Shown here: in pieces, positions 20,536 through 29,838 of the stretch | Numbering within the stretch: the first letter of the stretch is position 1 | How the letters are laid out: each line of letters starts with the position of its first letter | NCBI GenBank assembly: GCA_965203805.1 | Contig: OZ241917.1 | Coordinates: 1,952,001-2,016,000 of the forward strand | Origin: Candidatus Latescibacterota bacterium | GTDB taxonomy: Bacteria; Latescibacterota; UBA2968; GCA-2709665 | DNA length: 64,000 bases | Direction: 5' to 3' | Program-made: the position numbers and the translations under genes | The notes under the pieces: model-generated | Seen by the model: only the letters and a program-made list of their open reading frames with translations | Databases searched by the model: none | What the model was told of the DNA's origin: nothing

Positions 20536-21579
20536 TCAAAATGCCCTATCTACCAGAAAACTGCACATCTCGCGCATCGTTTCCCTGGCCTCGGAAGGAG
20601 GAATCTCGTTCAGATGCGCTTCTGCGGCCGCCGCCCATTCACGGCAGGCGTCTTCGGCGCGTTCAATGGAACCGTAGTGGTTCATCAGCGAAATCGTCCG
20701 CTCGACCTCATCGATCTGCGTCTCGGATCGGTCCCGATTCAGAATGTCCCGCACCCACGCCTGTTCATCCGGGGAACATCTGTGAAAGAGGTCGATCACC
20801 ATCAGTGTCCGCTTGCCTTCGGCGATGTCTCCGCCGCGTTCCTTGCCGTATCCGCCCGAAGTCGTCGCGGGGGCCTGGTGTGCATCTTCGGCCCGCACGG
20901 TCAGATTCAGCAGATCGTCTTTAATCTGAAACGCCACTGCCATTCGCTCGCCGAACGCGCCCACGGCCCGCTGCAGATCGGGAGATGCGCCGGCGACGAT
21001 GGCGCCGGCCGTACACGGCCCCCTCCCGCTGTACCAGCCCGTTTTCAGACGCAGCATTTCCAGAAAATTCTCAACTCCGGGGATCTCGCCCGACTCGATC
21101 CATCCGATATCGTACGCCTGTCCTTCGAATGTACGCTGGGCTCCGTGAAGCATCTCCTGAATCAGGTCAAGCGCCACCGCGTCACCGAGGATCTCCCGGT
21201 TGGTGGCGAGTATCTCGAACACCTTCGAATGCAACGCGTCGCCCGCATTGACGCTCAACGGCACGCCGTGGAGATGGTGAAGACACGGTTTGCCTCTGCG
21301 CATTTCAGAACCGTCTTCGATGTCGTCATGAACCAGTGCGAAAGACTGGAACATCTCAAACGCCGCGGCCGTCCGCAATGCCCTGTGAACGTCACCTCCC
21401 AGACCCTCACACGCCAGCAGCACGAGCACCGACCGAAATCGCTTCCCGCCCCGAATCGGATAGTCCCGCATCGGTTCGTACAGATAGGCGAACGGCTCGG
21501 CCTGAGGCAGGAACTTGAAGAGTTCCGCGTCGATGAGAGGCACAAAGGACTCTAGGTAGCTCTTCAGGCGGTCGTTCAC
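20536..21579 (-). CDS. polyprenyl diphosphate synthase, archaeal-like type I GGPP synthase
   Basis: GGKRFR, FARM FALVHDDIED, RRGKP, EGQAYD, KT, SARM FQIKDDLLN, DIAEGK. GTG start. Confidence 0.88.
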   Translation of the reverse strand: MNDRLKSYLESFVPLIDAELFKFLPQAEPFAYLYEPMRDYPIRGGKRFRSVLVLLACEGLGGDVHRALRTAAAFEMFQSFALVHDDIEDGSEMRRGKPCLHHLHGVPLSVNAGDALHSKVFEILATNREILGDAVALDLIQEMLHGAQRTFEGQAYDIGWIESGEIPGVENFLEMLRLKTGWYSGRGPCTAGAIVAGASPDLQRAVGAFGERMAVAFQIKDDLLNLTVRAEDAHQAPATTSGGYGKERGGDIAEGKRTLMVIDLFHRCSPDEQAWVRDILNRDRSETQIDEVERTISLMNHYGSIERAEDACREWAAAAEAHLNEIPPSEARETMREMCSFLVDRAF

Positions 21580-21621
21580 CTGCCGCTTCCTCGTGCGCTA
21601 CCCCGTGGTGTCGATAGCATG

Positions 21622-21837
21622 TCAACCTCGGGCGGCCGATCCGCGTGGGACAACGCCGCTTGCGTACGTAATGCCTTGAACGGCAATTTCAGACGTCCTG
21701 GAGACGGACCTGATGCCAGAAAGCACCGGTTCGGGATAATTCGTTGCGAAGGAGTATTGCCAGGGAAGGAGGAGGTCGGGGAAGAATGTGTAAGAAAATA
21801 TAGCGACAAGCACGAATGCGGTCAACTGTTTTTGCAT
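21622..21837 (-). CDS. small hypothetical membrane/secreted protein (~71 aa)
   Basis: MQKQLTAFVLVAIFSYTFF has a charged N-terminus plus a hydrophobic stretch and fills the gap in the minus-strand gene run. Confidence 0.35.
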   Translation of the reverse strand: MQKQLTAFVLVAIFSYTFFPDLLLPWQYSFATNYPEPVLSGIRSVSRTSEIAVQGITYASGVVPRGSAARG

Positions 21838-21854
21838 TCGATGGCGCACCGTCG

Positions 21855-22790
21855 TTACCAGCGATAGGCATCGAAGACGATTCTCAAATCCCGTCTCGCC
21901 TTCAGATAGTCCGAGTACGGCTTCCGGCTCCGGTCATCCACGCATCGCAGAAAGTCCCGGGTCATCTCCCGATATCCCATCAGATCCGATATCCCGGGTA
22001 CGTAGAGCCGGCGACCATCATGAGTCTTTTGAAGGACATACAGGCCATTGCTCTCAAAGATGATCTGTCCGTGTGTACCATTAATGCGGGAATGCTGAAA
22101 GGTGCCCTTCGTGCGGCTCTTTGTGTTCCAGGAATACGATATTTCAGCCTTTACGTCGCCGGGATAGGTCAATTCGGTTACCGATGACCGTTCCGGTTCT
22201 CCCTTTCGGCGTCCGGGAAAGCGCCCGACGACGCGTACCGGCGCACACTCGAACATCGCGGAAATAAACGCGACAAAGTGGATACCGCCTTCGAGCAACG
22301 CACCGTACTGTCGTCTCCAGCCCGATGTCGCCTGCGTGAACAGCTTTTTCACCTGTACCGATCTGATGTCTCCGATCCGGCGCTGCCCGGTCAGGGCCTT
22401 GATCCTCCTGAGCAATGGCTTGTAATAGTAGTTTTCGGCCACCATCAGCAGCGCGTCCGGATGCATCGCCAGTGCTGCGCCGACTTCATCAACCTCCGCC
22501 GGAGAAACGCACATGGGCTTTTCAACCATCACTGCCTTTCCCGCTGACAGAGCGCGGATCACCTGATCCTTGTGGTATGCGGGAGGGGATGTGATCACCA
22601 CCGCGTCGAGGCCGGGCGATGCCAGCGCCTCCTCCAGGCGACTGAAGATGCCGCTGCCGCGAAAGTCGATATTGAAACGGCGTGCACCATCTTCGGAACG
22701 GCTGCAGAAATACAGCTCGGCGACGCCCGCCAGATTCTTCGCGTGCAGCCGGGCAATGGTCCCGCAGCCCACCAGACAGATTTTCTTCAT
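21855..22790 (-). CDS. Gfo/Idh/MocA family NAD(P)-dependent oxidoreductase
   Basis: ICLVGCGTIA, VEKPM, GALLEGGIH. Confidence 0.88.
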   Translation of the reverse strand: MKKICLVGCGTIARLHAKNLAGVAELYFCSRSEDGARRFNIDFRGSGIFSRLEEALASPGLDAVVITSPPAYHKDQVIRALSAGKAVMVEKPMCVSPAEVDEVGAALAMHPDALLMVAENYYYKPLLRRIKALTGQRRIGDIRSVQVKKLFTQATSGWRRQYGALLEGGIHFVAFISAMFECAPVRVVGRFPGRRKGEPERSSVTELTYPGDVKAEISYSWNTKSRTKGTFQHSRINGTHGQIIFESNGLYVLQKTHDGRRLYVPGISDLMGYREMTRDFLRCVDDRSRKPYSDYLKARRDLRIVFDAYRW

Positions 22791-22857
22791 ATTCCGGATT
22801 CCAGGGTCGGGGCGCCAACGCATAATGAACCGAATCCGGCCGGCCGGAAGCAGCACA

Positions 22858-24354
22858 CTAGCCAAATTCCGCGTGAATGACGTCCGCGACCCTCAGCGCG
22901 TTGGCTGCGATGGTAAGGCTCGGATTCACCCCTCCCGACGTGGGCATGAAACTGCCGTCGAGGACAAACAGATTGTCGATACCGCGAAACCTGCAGAATT
23001 CATCGAGAACGCTGTCTTCGGTGCGGCTACCGAAACGCAACGACCCCACCGCGTGAGAGAACGTCTCCAGTTTGTAGACGCGACGAAACAGGCCTCCCGC
23101 CTGCTTCAAGATGCGTCCGGCCCTGTCTGTCAGATATTTCCTGCGCAGGCGGTCTCCGTCCGAATATCGATGTACGACACCCGTGACCGAAATTCCGTAG
23201 TCGTCCCGACGGGCGGTCAGATGCACGCGATTGTCATATTGCGGCTCATCTTCCGCGATGCAAAGCAGATTCTGTACGTACTGTGCCACGAATGCGGACA
23301 GATTTCCGTATCCGATGGGCGCGTAATGCTTCAGGACCTCAGGCGCGGGCGTGTAGATGTCCTGAATCGTACCCACCGACGTGCCCGATCGCTGCCTCAT
23401 GTCTTCGTAGAAGTCCGTAAAGCACAACTGTTTGTGAAATGTACGGTCGGGATTGGTCCTGAATGGAAAGAGACCGGTGACGACTGCATTGCAATGCCGC
23501 ATCAGAAATCGCCCCACCAGCCTGTGGTTGCCGAATCGCTCCAGGCCGGAACGCAAGAGAATCGCCGGGCTCTGCAGGGCGCCTGCGCTGAGAATCACGA
23601 TCTTTGCGTTGAAATTCACCGCGCGTCCTGACGTCCCGTCGAGACATCTGACCCGTACCACCCTTCCGTTCCGGGCCTCCAGCTGCAGTACGATCATCCC
23701 GGGCATGACAGTCAGGTCGAATGCCTGGGCTTTTGCCAGAAGCGTCATGGCCACGTCGTTTTTGGCTTCGATGCGGCACGGAAATCCATCGCAGGTCGAA
23801 CATCTGATGCACAGCGGCCGCTCGTTGTTCGTGAAATTGAGTGCGAGCGGTATCCTGAAGGGACGGTGGCCGAGCGCATTCCCGGCTTTGCGTATCCGCT
23901 TCGCCGGAGCCGTGAGTTCTATTTCGCCGAATCGGTAGTCCCCGGACCTCGGCGGTTCATGCATATCCGCCCCCGCCAGACCATGTACCTCCAGCAAATG
24001 CTCGGCCTGCGTATAGTACGGCTCCATTGAGGCGTAATCGATCGGCCAACTCGAGAAATCCTTCTCACGCAACCGAAGCGACGCCCCACCGTAAAATACC
24101 GACATGCCGCCGACCGCTTCATTCGGATAGACGGATTGACGGTCTCCGTCAGCTTCTACCTGTACCGGTGAGCGGCTTCGGTACCGTTGATCGATGAGGA
24201 TCCCGCGCGGGCTCCAGTCCAGAGCATCCCGCTTTACCCACCCGCCGCGTTCCAGGAGCAGCGTCCGGAAACCCGCCCGGCTGAGCGCATAGGCCGCGGC
24301 GCCGCCGCCAAGACCCGACCCGATCACGATGGCTTCATAGGGTCGTGAGTTCAT
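22858..24354 (-). CDS. GMC family flavin oxidoreductase
   Basis: IVIGSGLGG, GGMSVFYGG, CxxCxxCxGFPC, SAGALQSP, HAVGSLR, NPSLTIAANALR. Confidence 0.9.
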   Translation of the reverse strand: MNSRPYEAIVIGSGLGGGAAAYALSRAGFRTLLLERGGWVKRDALDWSPRGILIDQRYRSRSPVQVEADGDRQSVYPNEAVGGMSVFYGGASLRLREKDFSSWPIDYASMEPYYTQAEHLLEVHGLAGADMHEPPRSGDYRFGEIELTAPAKRIRKAGNALGHRPFRIPLALNFTNNERPLCIRCSTCDGFPCRIEAKNDVAMTLLAKAQAFDLTVMPGMIVLQLEARNGRVVRVRCLDGTSGRAVNFNAKIVILSAGALQSPAILLRSGLERFGNHRLVGRFLMRHCNAVVTGLFPFRTNPDRTFHKQLCFTDFYEDMRQRSGTSVGTIQDIYTPAPEVLKHYAPIGYGNLSAFVAQYVQNLLCIAEDEPQYDNRVHLTARRDDYGISVTGVVHRYSDGDRLRRKYLTDRAGRILKQAGGLFRRVYKLETFSHAVGSLRFGSRTEDSVLDEFCRFRGIDNLFVLDGSFMPTSGGVNPSLTIAANALRVADVIHAEFG

Positions 24355-25135
24355 AGGCGTACAGGATCATCAATCCAATGATTATGATCCAGGCCATATA
24401 GTGGAATTTCTCGCGTGTCTCGATGTAGCGTGCAATCCGAGGCAGATCAGACCGGAACTTGCCGGACATCGTGCGCTGCACGTAGGTCTTGTAATATTCA
24501 ACCAGAAACCGCTCCAGTCCGCCGTACATGAATATCAGATACCCGAGCGGCACGGGCGCTTCCGGATTATTCGAAAAGTAAAACAGTGGAGAACTGATGG
24601 CAAGCACCGCTGCAGAACGAAGGAATTTCAAGGGGACGAATCCTTCAAAGGGGGCGTCCTTATATGCGCCGCCGAGAGAAACCAGCATTCCCGTCGAAAA
24701 GGCGACCACCGCGAACACCGGAAAGTCCGCGATCGGCATTGAGAGAAACAGCAGGGCAAAGACCCCCGACACCAGAACAGCGCCGGAGAAGAGGCGCAGC
24801 GGTTCGCTGGTAACCGGCCGGCCGAAGAACGTAATTCTGGAGGGTACGGCGTATTTCGACTGATCTTCCGCTCTGAAGAATCCCTTGTACAGCTCTGCGA
24901 GGAACCGTTCCAGGCCCATGATGGCGAAGAAAACCTGGAAAAGGCTTAGACTCCGGAAACTCTCCTGGAAGGCGGGCAGACCGTAGAGCGCAACGAAGAT
25001 GACGGCATGGAAGTAGATGCTGCGGGGAAAGGTTGGCAGCTTCAGACCTTCATAGGGTGAGTCCTTGAAGGCGCCCCAGAGCGAGGTATACAGGCCTGAA
25101 ATCAAACTCACCAGAAACGGGAACCAAAAATTCAT
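24335..25135 (-). CDS. hypothetical polytopic membrane protein with internal duplication
   Basis: Multiple hydrophobic segments; GAxKDxPxEG...RS and GLERFLxExYK each occur twice. Confidence 0.75.
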   Translation of the reverse strand: MNFWFPFLVSLISGLYTSLWGAFKDSPYEGLKLPTFPRSIYFHAVIFVALYGLPAFQESFRSLSLFQVFFAIMGLERFLAELYKGFFRAEDQSKYAVPSRITFFGRPVTSEPLRLFSGAVLVSGVFALLFLSMPIADFPVFAVVAFSTGMLVSLGGAYKDAPFEGFVPLKFLRSAAVLAISSPLFYFSNNPEAPVPLGYLIFMYGGLERFLVEYYKTYVQRTMSGKFRSDLPRIARYIETREKFHYMAWIIIIGLMILYAYELTTL

Positions 25136-25199
25136 GGAATGGCGCCCCGGCGGCTGGCATCACTGAGGATAATCGAATGGAATCCCGCCTCGTGCCGGA

Positions 25200-27647
25200 T
25201 TACGGCCGTGCGCTTCCCGCTCTGACCGCGTGCCGGTTCCGTTTCAATCGATCGAGGATTTCCAGTACGGCAGGCAGAACGACAACGGCGGCCACAAAAC
25301 AGGTCAGAAGGCCGATCACGGCCAGTTTCCCGATGGAATTCAAACCGGGATGCCTCGCCGTGATGAGACCGAAAAAGCCGATCATCGTAGTCATCATCGA
25401 GACGAGCATCGCGCCTCCCGTATTCCTGAGGATCACCGGGATGGAATCCGCGCCTTCCTCCTGGTACCGGTGAAAGAGATGAACGCCGTTATCGATGCCC
25501 ATCCCAATGATCGTCGGCAAGGCAACCATATTGTAAAAGTTCAGCTTCATTCCGGAAAGATACATGCTTCCACACATCCAGATCGCGCCGCAGATGAGCG
25601 GCAGCATCACGAGCAGCCCGTTTCGGATGCTTCGAAAGTCGATAAATACGATCAGGAAAACGACCAGAAGCGTGATGCCGATCGCCCACCGGCTGTCCCG
25701 GATCATCAACTTGAGCATATCCGCGAAAATTATGCTGGAACTGGAAGAATAGAAACGCTTCCCGGACTCGGTCGTTATCAGATGGGTGTCATCCGCGAAC
25801 TCGATGGCCTGTCGTCCGTCGCGAAGTTGCACGCTGGGATAGATGAAGGCAAAATGGGCCCGGCTGCCGTCCACCGTTGAAAACTTGCGGAGGATGTTTT
25901 TCGGCAGATCGTCCACATCCAGCCCTTTCACGTCCATCAGTTCGCGCAACTCGTCCACCCGCTCCTTTTGATCGTCCTTGAGCAATTTCGCGCCTTCGCC
26001 ATCCACGAGTTCGCGAAGTTCAGCAATCAATGCCAGCTTTTCATCTTCGCGATCGGGCAGGAAGGACCAGAGCGTCCTGATCTTGTCAATTGTGGGGGTC
26101 GGGTCGTCCGACGCGATCTTTCCCTGCACCGCTGCGACGATTTCATCCAGTTCCTCTTTGCTGTCGGCGAGGATCACGCTTGGCGAGTGCGACTCGCCCC
26201 TGAATTTGGAAAGCGAATTGATCTTGTCTTTCACTTTCTTGGATTTGGCAAGATTGGAACGCAGATTGGTGAAATCGTATTCGAACTGAATCCGATCCAG
26301 ATTGTATGCCAGGTAAACCGTACCGGCAATGGCAACGGCGAACACGACCGGCGCCATCGGAAACCGGCCCCCGCTGGTGCCGCGTTCGTGGCCGAGCACG
26401 TGCCGCATTCGCACAAGCTTCAGGCGCTCGTCGGCAAGAACGAGAAAGGCCGGAAGCACCATGGTCATGGACACAAGGGACATAATTATCCCCGTTCCGA
26501 CAATAAAGCCGAACTCCGAGAATCCCTTGAAATCCGTAATGGTCAGCGAATAGAACGCCATCGATGTGGTCAATGCAGCGGTGAGGATGGCCTGCCCCGT
26601 CTGAATCAACATCGTCTCGACCGACTGCCTGACGTCCATGCTCGCCATGCGGTCCTCGAGGTACCGGGAAAACATGTGAATCCCGAAGTCGATTCCAAGA
26701 CCGAACAGAATCACAAACAGGAATCCGGTCATCGTGTTCAGGTTGCCGATCACCCAATAGGTAACCGAAAACGCCCACGTCAGCCCCATAACGAGCGGGA
26801 TAGCAACAAAAAAGGCAGCCAGCGGCTGCCTGAAATAAAACGTGAGAAGCAGGACGACACCTACAAATCCAAATATTACCGTTGACTTGATGTCGTCCAG
26901 AATGGTGTCATATTCATCGATCTTATTCTTGAACGACCCTCCGATCGAGACCAGCATATCGGGATGATAGGACATCGGTTTCAGCTTGTGCACGGCGTCC
27001 TCGAGCACGCTGTACATCTCTTTGCTGAAACCGATATTACTCACCGTTCCCGATGCCGTGACCTCCATGGCGACGATGGTACTGTCCGGATTGGTATAAT
27101 AGACTTCGTGTCCGCGGTCTCCGTTTTCCTTGTACTTCGCTTCAATATCCGAAAAATCCAGCGGCTCGTCGTCTTCTCCGTCGTCCAGGTTGAAGAACAG
27201 CGGAGACAACTTCAGTTTTTCCTGCCGGATGCGATCGTCGATACGAAGTTGTATGTCTTCCAGATCCTCGAGATCCATATACAACAACGCGTTGTCTTTG
27301 AAGAAATCGACTTCACGCTTGTAATCGACGTAGTTTACGTATTTCCAATACTGTTCGGCCTTCAATTCAACAGCCAGATCTTCCACGAATCGCCGTGACG
27401 CGGTGAAATCCCCGCATTCCGCGAGAACAACGAGGCTGCCAACGCCACCGAGGCGCGCCTTGATATCTTCGAGCGTTCTCACGCTCGGATAGTGTTCCGG
27501 TATCAGAGCCGCGATATCCGTCTCGAGACGCTGAATCAGTCGATAGACAAAAAAGCTGCAAAAAATGGAAAGGAAGGTCGATACAACGATAATAATGGCG
27601 TAACGTCGATAGACAAAGTCCGCCAAAAGCCGCAGCCTGTCCTGCAT
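25200..27647 (-). CDS. MMPL/RND lipid exporter (HpnN-like)
   Basis: Two TM bundles with GLGIDFGIH and GMGIDNGVH, large periplasmic loops, 815 aa. Confidence 0.9.
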   Translation of the reverse strand: MQDRLRLLADFVYRRYAIIIVVSTFLSIFCSFFVYRLIQRLETDIAALIPEHYPSVRTLEDIKARLGGVGSLVVLAECGDFTASRRFVEDLAVELKAEQYWKYVNYVDYKREVDFFKDNALLYMDLEDLEDIQLRIDDRIRQEKLKLSPLFFNLDDGEDDEPLDFSDIEAKYKENGDRGHEVYYTNPDSTIVAMEVTASGTVSNIGFSKEMYSVLEDAVHKLKPMSYHPDMLVSIGGSFKNKIDEYDTILDDIKSTVIFGFVGVVLLLTFYFRQPLAAFFVAIPLVMGLTWAFSVTYWVIGNLNTMTGFLFVILFGLGIDFGIHMFSRYLEDRMASMDVRQSVETMLIQTGQAILTAALTTSMAFYSLTITDFKGFSEFGFIVGTGIIMSLVSMTMVLPAFLVLADERLKLVRMRHVLGHERGTSGGRFPMAPVVFAVAIAGTVYLAYNLDRIQFEYDFTNLRSNLAKSKKVKDKINSLSKFRGESHSPSVILADSKEELDEIVAAVQGKIASDDPTPTIDKIRTLWSFLPDREDEKLALIAELRELVDGEGAKLLKDDQKERVDELRELMDVKGLDVDDLPKNILRKFSTVDGSRAHFAFIYPSVQLRDGRQAIEFADDTHLITTESGKRFYSSSSSIIFADMLKLMIRDSRWAIGITLLVVFLIVFIDFRSIRNGLLVMLPLICGAIWMCGSMYLSGMKLNFYNMVALPTIIGMGIDNGVHLFHRYQEEGADSIPVILRNTGGAMLVSMMTTMIGFFGLITARHPGLNSIGKLAVIGLLTCFVAAVVVLPAVLEILDRLKRNRHAVRAGSARP

Positions 27648-27650
27648 GAA

Positions 27651-28271
27651 TCAATCCTTCCCTTTCCCGTCCGCCGCGTCCTCGTTGAGCTTGTCCCTAA
27701 GCTTATTAACAAGACCCTCGTACGACGACTTTCGAATTTCCCTGTAGAACTGCGACCGGTTGTTTCTGGCAACGCTCAAGTCATCGATGACCATATCATA
27801 AACCAGCCACTCTCCGTTAACAGGGTGGAGCTTGTAGTCGATGTTGCTCTGCTCGTCCTTATAGTGCACGACAGTCCGAACGAGACCATCGGTGCTGTCG
27901 ACTTTCGAACCCACGTATTCGATTTTCTCGGATTTGGTATAGAGCTTCGGATCGGCGTAATTTTTGACGATGAGTCGACGACATAGATCGGCAAATTCAG
28001 CCTGCTCGGCCCGGGTGCGGCGCTGCCAATGCCGGCCCAATGCAAGCATGCTGAACCGGTGGAAATCGAACATATCCTCCACGATTTTCTTCAATTGCTC
28101 CCGTTCTTCGGCCGTCTCACCCCCTGTTTCCGAATTCACAACCGCCTTGATTGCCCCGTCCCGAGTTTTCATGACCTCGAGGAGCGCCCCGGCCTGATCC
28201 GCACCCAGGGCGGAACCACGACCAAAGCCAACAAGAGCAAAAAACACAATAATATAGGACAATTTCTTCAT
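27651..28271 (-). CDS. MlaC/Ttg2D/HpnM-like periplasmic lipid-binding protein
   Basis: Signal peptide, FDF...LALGRHW, IDYKL...WLVYDMVID..SV..NNRSQF. Confidence 0.85.
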   Translation of the reverse strand: MKKLSYIIVFFALVGFGRGSALGADQAGALLEVMKTRDGAIKAVVNSETGGETAEEREQLKKIVEDMFDFHRFSMLALGRHWQRRTRAEQAEFADLCRRLIVKNYADPKLYTKSEKIEYVGSKVDSTDGLVRTVVHYKDEQSNIDYKLHPVNGEWLVYDMVIDDLSVARNNRSQFYREIRKSSYEGLVNKLRDKLNEDAADGKGKD

Positions 28272-28385
28272 TATGGCCAGTTCCTTCTACGGGCTGAAAT
28301 AAAACGATCCGACGTCAGTACACCTCCATCGTCGGCTCGATGAACATTCGAATCAATGGACGATTTACGGAAACCCGTATATCCA

Positions 28386-29825
28386 TCAGTCCGCTTTCCC
28401 TGAAACCAGCTTGTCCGTTTGCGTCGTGCGCGTTCGCATAATATGCCCGATGAATCCGAATACGGCGCTTACAACGAGGCCGGAACCTAGAACAAAAATC
28501 CAATAGATCGCCCCAAGGCAGTTCAAGACCGCCAGAACACAGAACAAAGCCGCGGAGAAGTCCCGCCGGCACGCGAACTTCATTCCGCAAAAAATCCGGT
28601 GCAGTCGTCCACGATGCGCTTCTGGAACTTCGCTGGAAAACCCAATGTTGAAGCTTACGATACTTCCGGAACCGCTCTGCCTCAGGTACACGCAGATGAG
28701 CAGGACCGCCAGTACGTCCAGCGCAAGCGCGACGAATCCCAGCGCCATGAGAACCGGTTCTCCGGTCAATTTGAACATGCCGTAGATGACACCGGAAAAG
28801 AAAACCAGATAGGATACATTATCGGCCACGGTATCCAACCATTCCCCAAGGCGCGAACCGGAAAACTTGAGCATGGCGATCTCGCCGTCACAGCCGTCCA
28901 GGATGGATGCGAACTGGACCAGCAGACCTCCGAGCGCGACGCGCAAATAGCTGCCTTCCGCCACGGACCAGCCCGCCAGGAACGTGACCATCATTGCGGC
29001 AATTGAAATCTGGTTGGGGGTCACCGACGTTCGCACCAGCAGCCTGGAAATCCGCTTGGAGATTTTCCGGTTGAAATGGCGGGAAACAACCCCGTCGGTC
29101 GATTTACCCAAAAACCCGAACAATGCCTTTTCCCCCAGGTGCAGTGCTTCGGGCGTATCGACATCCTGCCAGAACAGACCGTCGATTTCCACCGCGCGCA
29201 TGTTCCCTTCGGAAGCCAGAATCTGCACCCCGCCCGAGAGTGATTCGTCGCCTCGGGCGATGGCTCGTTCGATTCCGTCAAATAGCGCCGGGGTACACAG
29301 GAAAATGCCGGTATCCACCGCGTCGTACTGGTCCAGCGCTTTGCCGATACGCAGAATCCGTTCGCCTCCCAGAACGACTTTGGTGGCATCGTCCAGATCC
29401 TGAACCCGATCCAGCCGGGTGTCAACACACAGCGCCGACTCGCCGGCGCTCAACAAGAGGCGCCGCATACGTGTAATGACCCGCGGTTCAAACAGATGGT
29501 CCGCCATCATCAGGAGAAACTGGCCCTCGACAAAATCCCTGGCCTTCAGTACGGAAAGGCCGTTGCCGCGCATCCATTCATCGTTTTCAACCCAATCAAT
29601 GTGTACGTCGATCTGCGGATCGTTGGCGATCGCGGCCCGAATTTCATCGCCCCGGTAACCGATCACAATGGCGAACTCGGTGATCCCGGCCCGCTTTGCG
29701 GTCAATATAGCGCGCTTCAGCAATCCGACGCCGGCCACTTTAACCAGCGGCTTTGGCCGGCCGCGCCCATACCCGTTCAGGCGGCTGCCCATACCGGCAG
29801 CGATAATCACTGCCCTATCTGCCAT
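28386..29825 (-). CDS. bifunctional nucleotidyltransferase + CDP-alcohol phosphotransferase (IPCT/DIPPS-like)
   Basis: N-terminal IIAAGMGSRL...PKPL, MADH, WQDVDTP. C-terminal NRKIS, TPNQIS, DGCDGEIA...G...DTVAD. Confidence 0.88.
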   Translation of the reverse strand: MADRAVIIAAGMGSRLNGYGRGRPKPLVKVAGVGLLKRAILTAKRAGITEFAIVIGYRGDEIRAAIANDPQIDVHIDWVENDEWMRGNGLSVLKARDFVEGQFLLMMADHLFEPRVITRMRRLLLSAGESALCVDTRLDRVQDLDDATKVVLGGERILRIGKALDQYDAVDTGIFLCTPALFDGIERAIARGDESLSGGVQILASEGNMRAVEIDGLFWQDVDTPEALHLGEKALFGFLGKSTDGVVSRHFNRKISKRISRLLVRTSVTPNQISIAAMMVTFLAGWSVAEGSYLRVALGGLLVQFASILDGCDGEIAMLKFSGSRLGEWLDTVADNVSYLVFFSGVIYGMFKLTGEPVLMALGFVALALDVLAVLLICVYLRQSGSGSIVSFNIGFSSEVPEAHRGRLHRIFCGMKFACRRDFSAALFCVLAVLNCLGAIYWIFVLGSGLVVSAVFGFIGHIMRTRTTQTDKLVSGKAD

Positions 29826-29838
29826 GACATCCTCCCCT

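Noticed and set aside
25200-28271. Hopanoid (hpn) cluster or Mla system
   Set aside because: No squalene-hopene cyclase, HpnCDE or radical SAM genes, and no MlaA/D/E/F in the window.
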